A DNA stretch of 62,225 nucleotides, counting the filler, from Chiloscyllium plagiosum (lineage: Eukaryota): the NCBI RefSeq assembly GCF_004010195.1. It is 3 parts of one record of this genome, joined end to end, with 100 filler letters (N's around TTAATTAATTAA, not from the genome) between each part and the next. Parts side by side here need not be neighbours in the genome. Positions count along the whole stretch, not along the records: positions 53,940 to 62,225 come from NC_057714.1; 2 more parts are not named here. One strand, given 5' to 3'. Numbering within the stretch: position 1 is the stretch's first letter; each line of letters opens with the position of its first letter. Both the position numbers and the translations under genes were made by a program. Shown here in pieces: positions 59,235 to 62,225 of the stretch. The notes beneath the pieces were generated by a model, which did no database searches, was not told where the DNA came from, and saw nothing but the letters and a program-made list of their open reading frames with translations.

Positions 59235-59249
59235 TGGGGGCTCTGGTCC
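59235..59249 (+). promoter_or_regulatory. Primer-binding site, tRNA-Pro type
   Basis: TGGGGGCTC(tg)GTCC 3 nt after the LTR; complementary to the tRNA-Pro 3' end apart from a small insertion. Confidence 0.75.
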
Positions 59250-59397
59250 ATGATCTGAACTGGTTTTGACAGATTTTGGGGGTACAAAAGATCCCAGCAG
59301 ATTTAAACACTTTCAGGTAAGTGTCCGAGGTCTTTAAATAAAACATAGGTGAGACAATTTGTTTAATTTTGGGGACTTGTGATTAATTAAATTCAAA

Positions 59398-60620
59398 ATG
59401 AAAGAAATAGCTCTTAAAATTGCTAAATAGGTTCTAGGATTTGAAGACGATTCTCAAATTTGCCAAGAAAGTTTTAGAAGGAAAGAAAAAGGCCATGCTT
59501 CTGGAATTAGCAAATAAGTTAGATTTGGGTTTAACAAAGGATAAAAGTAAAGCTGAAATTGTAAAGAGGGTACTCAAACACTTAGGTGTTGCAGTAGAGG
59601 TAGAAAAACTTGAATTACAGTTGAAGAAAATGGAGTTAGAAGATAAGCAAAGAGAGAGGAAAGAGAGAAGGAGTGAGAAAGGGAAAGAGATAAAAGAAAG
59701 AGAGAAGAGAGAGGCAGAAAAAGCAGAGAGAAGGTTTTTAATTGAGCAAAGAGAGAAAAAGGGAGAGACAAAAAGAGAGAATTTGAATTTGAGAAGTTGT
59801 GACTTAGTCAGCAAAGTCAAGTTAACAGGATGGAGACGAAAAGAAAAGGTAGTGATATATATAAATATGTCAAAACTGCGCCACATTTTGATGAGAAAGA
59901 TGTTGAAGCCTTCTTTATTTCATTTGAAAAACTGGCTAGTCTGAGGATTTATGGGTAATGCTAGTTCAGACTAAACTGTTAGAGCTAGTGAGGTATTTGG
60001 TGCCATGTCAGATGAGGGGTCAAGAGATTTTGAAGCGTTTAAACTGGCTATTTTATTATTAGTTGGTACTTGAAGCATACAGACAGCGGTTCAGAAACAC
60101 ACAGAAGAAGCCAGGTCAAACTTATATGTTGAGTTCGAAAGAATTAAACACAGTCATTTTGATGGATAGGTACGTGCTTTGAAAATAGATAGGTCATTTG
60201 AGGCTCTAAGACAGTTTATTCTGCTGGAGGAGTTTAAAAATTCACTTCCAGAGATGGTGGTAATTCATGTGGAGGAACAAAGTTCAGAAAGTGAGAAGGG
60301 CAGCAGAATTAGCAGATGAGTACATGTTGGTGCATCAAACAAGCTTCCGGCCAGAATTTCGTTCTGTGAGGGATAGAAGTTGGGTGTAGGGAAGATCCTA
60401 CAATACTAAACCAAGAGTAGAGAGCACTAGTAAGGGTTTACCACAGGATAAAAAAGAAGCCCAAGAGTGTGGAAAGGAGGTGAAGGCCTCGGGTGTGGTA
60501 AAGTGGGACATGTAAGGTGTCGACCACAGTGCTGATCATTAAAGAAAGACGCCGTGGGAAAAGATTTGGTAAAAGAGGCCAAGCCAGTGGCATTACTGAA
60601 GGTAGTAAACAAGACCCCAT
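59398..60620 (+). pseudogene. Frameshifted Gypsy gag with SCAN-like domain and zinc-knuckle remnant
   Basis: KKAMLLELANKL, E/R/K coiled coil, PHFDEKDVEAFFISFEKLA, EAYRQRFR, LRQFILLEEFKNSLP, RRAAELADEY, CGKVGH. Confidence 0.85.
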
Positions 60621-60891
60621 CAGAGAGCAGCGGGAGCTGGGCAGAAGTGAAGGCAGTGCGCAAAGCCGTTCGGGAAGGTAAGTGATTGTTATTAGTTGTT
60701 GTGTTCTAGACCCCAGGTCCTACAAAGTCGGGCCTCCCTCCTCCTCTAACCTAAATTAAGAGTCCACAGACTTGTCCCAAAAAGAAGGTCCAAGGAAGTT
60801 CCTATGGATTGAAGAGTGAGGCTTTTGCTCAGGAGTCTTTGACAAGCAGGTTGAGTGAAGTGATTACGCCACAGTTGAAGAGGGTGAAGAC

Positions 60892-61808
60892 ATGACTGCC
60901 AAGCTGGTTCAGTGTACTACGTGCTTGATGTGGGAGGTCAACGACTCTGGTGTGTCTCGCTCGTATAAGTGTGGAAAGTGTGTGCACGTTCAGCTACTGA
61001 CAGAGCATATTGCAGCACTGATGAAAGAACTCGAGGACCTTAGGCTCATCCGAGAGAATGAGATCTTTCTGGACAAGACTTTCAGCGAGGTTATTATACC
61101 AATCATACCAGAAGAGAGCAGACAATGAGGAAGGCAGAGAGGAGACAGGTGTAAGAGACCCCGGGGGAAGTACCTGTCAGGAACAAGTTGAATCTTTTGG
61201 AAACAGTAGAGACAGATGACACTGCCAGTCCGAGAGGCGGCCAGGTCTGTCAATCAAAAGTTGGCGCAGAGGCAGAGCGGAAGAGTCGGACATCGCACAG
61301 AGCCGTGGTAATAGGGGACTCCATAGTGAGAGGAACTGACCGGGGTTTTTGTGGCAGCAGACGGGACTTAAGCATGGTGTGTTGCCTTCCTGGTGCCAGG
61401 ATTAAAGACATCACAGGTGGAGTGCAGGAAATCCTCAAGGACGAAGGTGAAGAGCCAGAGGTGGTGGTACATGTCGGCACAAATGATGTCGGGAAGAGGA
61501 GGAGGAACGTGCTACAGCGGGACTTCGGAGAACTAGGAAGAAGGCTGAAAAGCAGGACGTCCAGGGTGGTTATCTCCGGTTTGTTTCCAGTTCCTCGGGC
61601 TGCTGAGGCCAGAAACAGGGAGATAATGGACTTGAACGTGTGGCTGGGGAACTGGTGCAGGAAGCAAGGATTTAAATTCTTGGATAACTGGGGTATGTTT
61701 TGTGGTAAGCATAAATTCTACAAGAGAGACTGTTTGCACCTTAATATATTAGGGACCAGCATTCTGGCAGGCAGGTTTGCTACTGCAACACAGCTACGTT
61801 TATACTAA
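60892..61808 (+). pseudogene. CR1 ORF1: CxxC...CxxC zinc finger / coiled coil plus SGNH esterase domain, disrupted
   Basis: CTTC...CGKC then leucine heptads; stop at 61126-61128 and a frame change; VIGDSIVR, CLPGA, VHVGTND and DCLHLN SGNH blocks. Confidence 0.9.
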
Positions 61809-61842
61809 GTAGAGGGGGGAGGGGACAAACTGGATGTTTTAG

Positions 61843-62225
61843 AAGGAAATTGAAGGGAAAGTTAGAACAAGAGAAGTCAAGAAAGACAACTGTATCAATG
61901 AGGCAGAAAACTCAGAAAGGGATCATGCTGTAAGGTTGAGTGAAATAGGAGTTGATGGGAAGGGTGAGGGCAGTAACAAATTAAGAATACTACACATGAA
62001 TGCACGAAGCATTAGAAATAAGATGGATGAGCTTGAGGCTCTTTTGGAAATTGGCAGATACGATATTGTGGGGATAACTGAGACGTGGCTTCAAGTGGAC
62101 AGGGCCTGGGAAATGAATATTCAAGGCTACACGTGCTATCGTAAGGACAGACTAATAGGCAGAGTAGGTGGGGTGGCCATGTTGGTAAGGGACGATATTC
62201 AGTCCCTTGCGCGGGGAGACCTAGA
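61843..62225 (+). CDS. CR1 ORF2 N-terminus (APE-type endonuclease), partial
   Basis: Open to the window end: LRILHMNARSIRNKMDEL...YDIVGITETWL...GYTCYRKDR...GGVAMLV. An in-frame TAG at 61840-61842 follows the ATG at 61834. Confidence 0.88.

Larger units (their letters stand above)
60622..62225 (+). mobile_element. 5' portion of a young, probably full-length CR1 inserted into the Gypsy element
   Basis: 5' UTR, ORF1 and ORF2 start are collinear; runs off the window end. Confidence 0.92.

Noticed and set aside
59434..59886. 150-aa hydrophobic F/S/L-rich ORF on minus, membrane-protein-like
   Set aside because: Antisense of the purine-rich E/R/K coiled coil of gag.

Overview
Eukaryotic genomic DNA, very probably from a cartilaginous fish (shark). 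I infer this from HE1-type V-SINEs, Deu-domain SINEs and abundant CR1/HER1-like LINEs. The window is three contigs joined by two artificial 100-nt linkers (44 N + TTAATTAATTAA + 44 N). The only host gene I can support is the 3' part of inversin (INVS/NPHP2) on the minus strand: three phase-compatible GT-AG exons at 50723-50006, 30268-30033 and 29731-29651, carrying the D-box RKELFRKKN, an IQ motif and the KQHSVLKQIYG block. Its terminal exon was not identified. Much of the rest is transposon-derived: many CR1 fragments (including the 5' end of a young copy with zinc-finger/SGNH-esterase ORF1 and the ORF2 endonuclease), a Gypsy LTR + PBS + SCAN-type gag, Harbinger remnants, a Tigger-like MITE and SINEs. 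Three signals stand out. (1) About a dozen Penelope-like (PLE) 3' ends from several families carry minimal type-I hammerhead ribozyme cores, four of them intact. (2) A recurrent insertion architecture TSD-[truncated inverted arm]-[full arm]-TSD occurs from about 170 bp up to a 1.4 kb palindrome inside an INVS intron. (3) Two divergent CR1 5' UTRs share a covarying hairpin plus a CCTCCTCCTCTAACCTAAAT box. Boundaries of old repeats are approximate, and family names come from motif recognition, not database searches.
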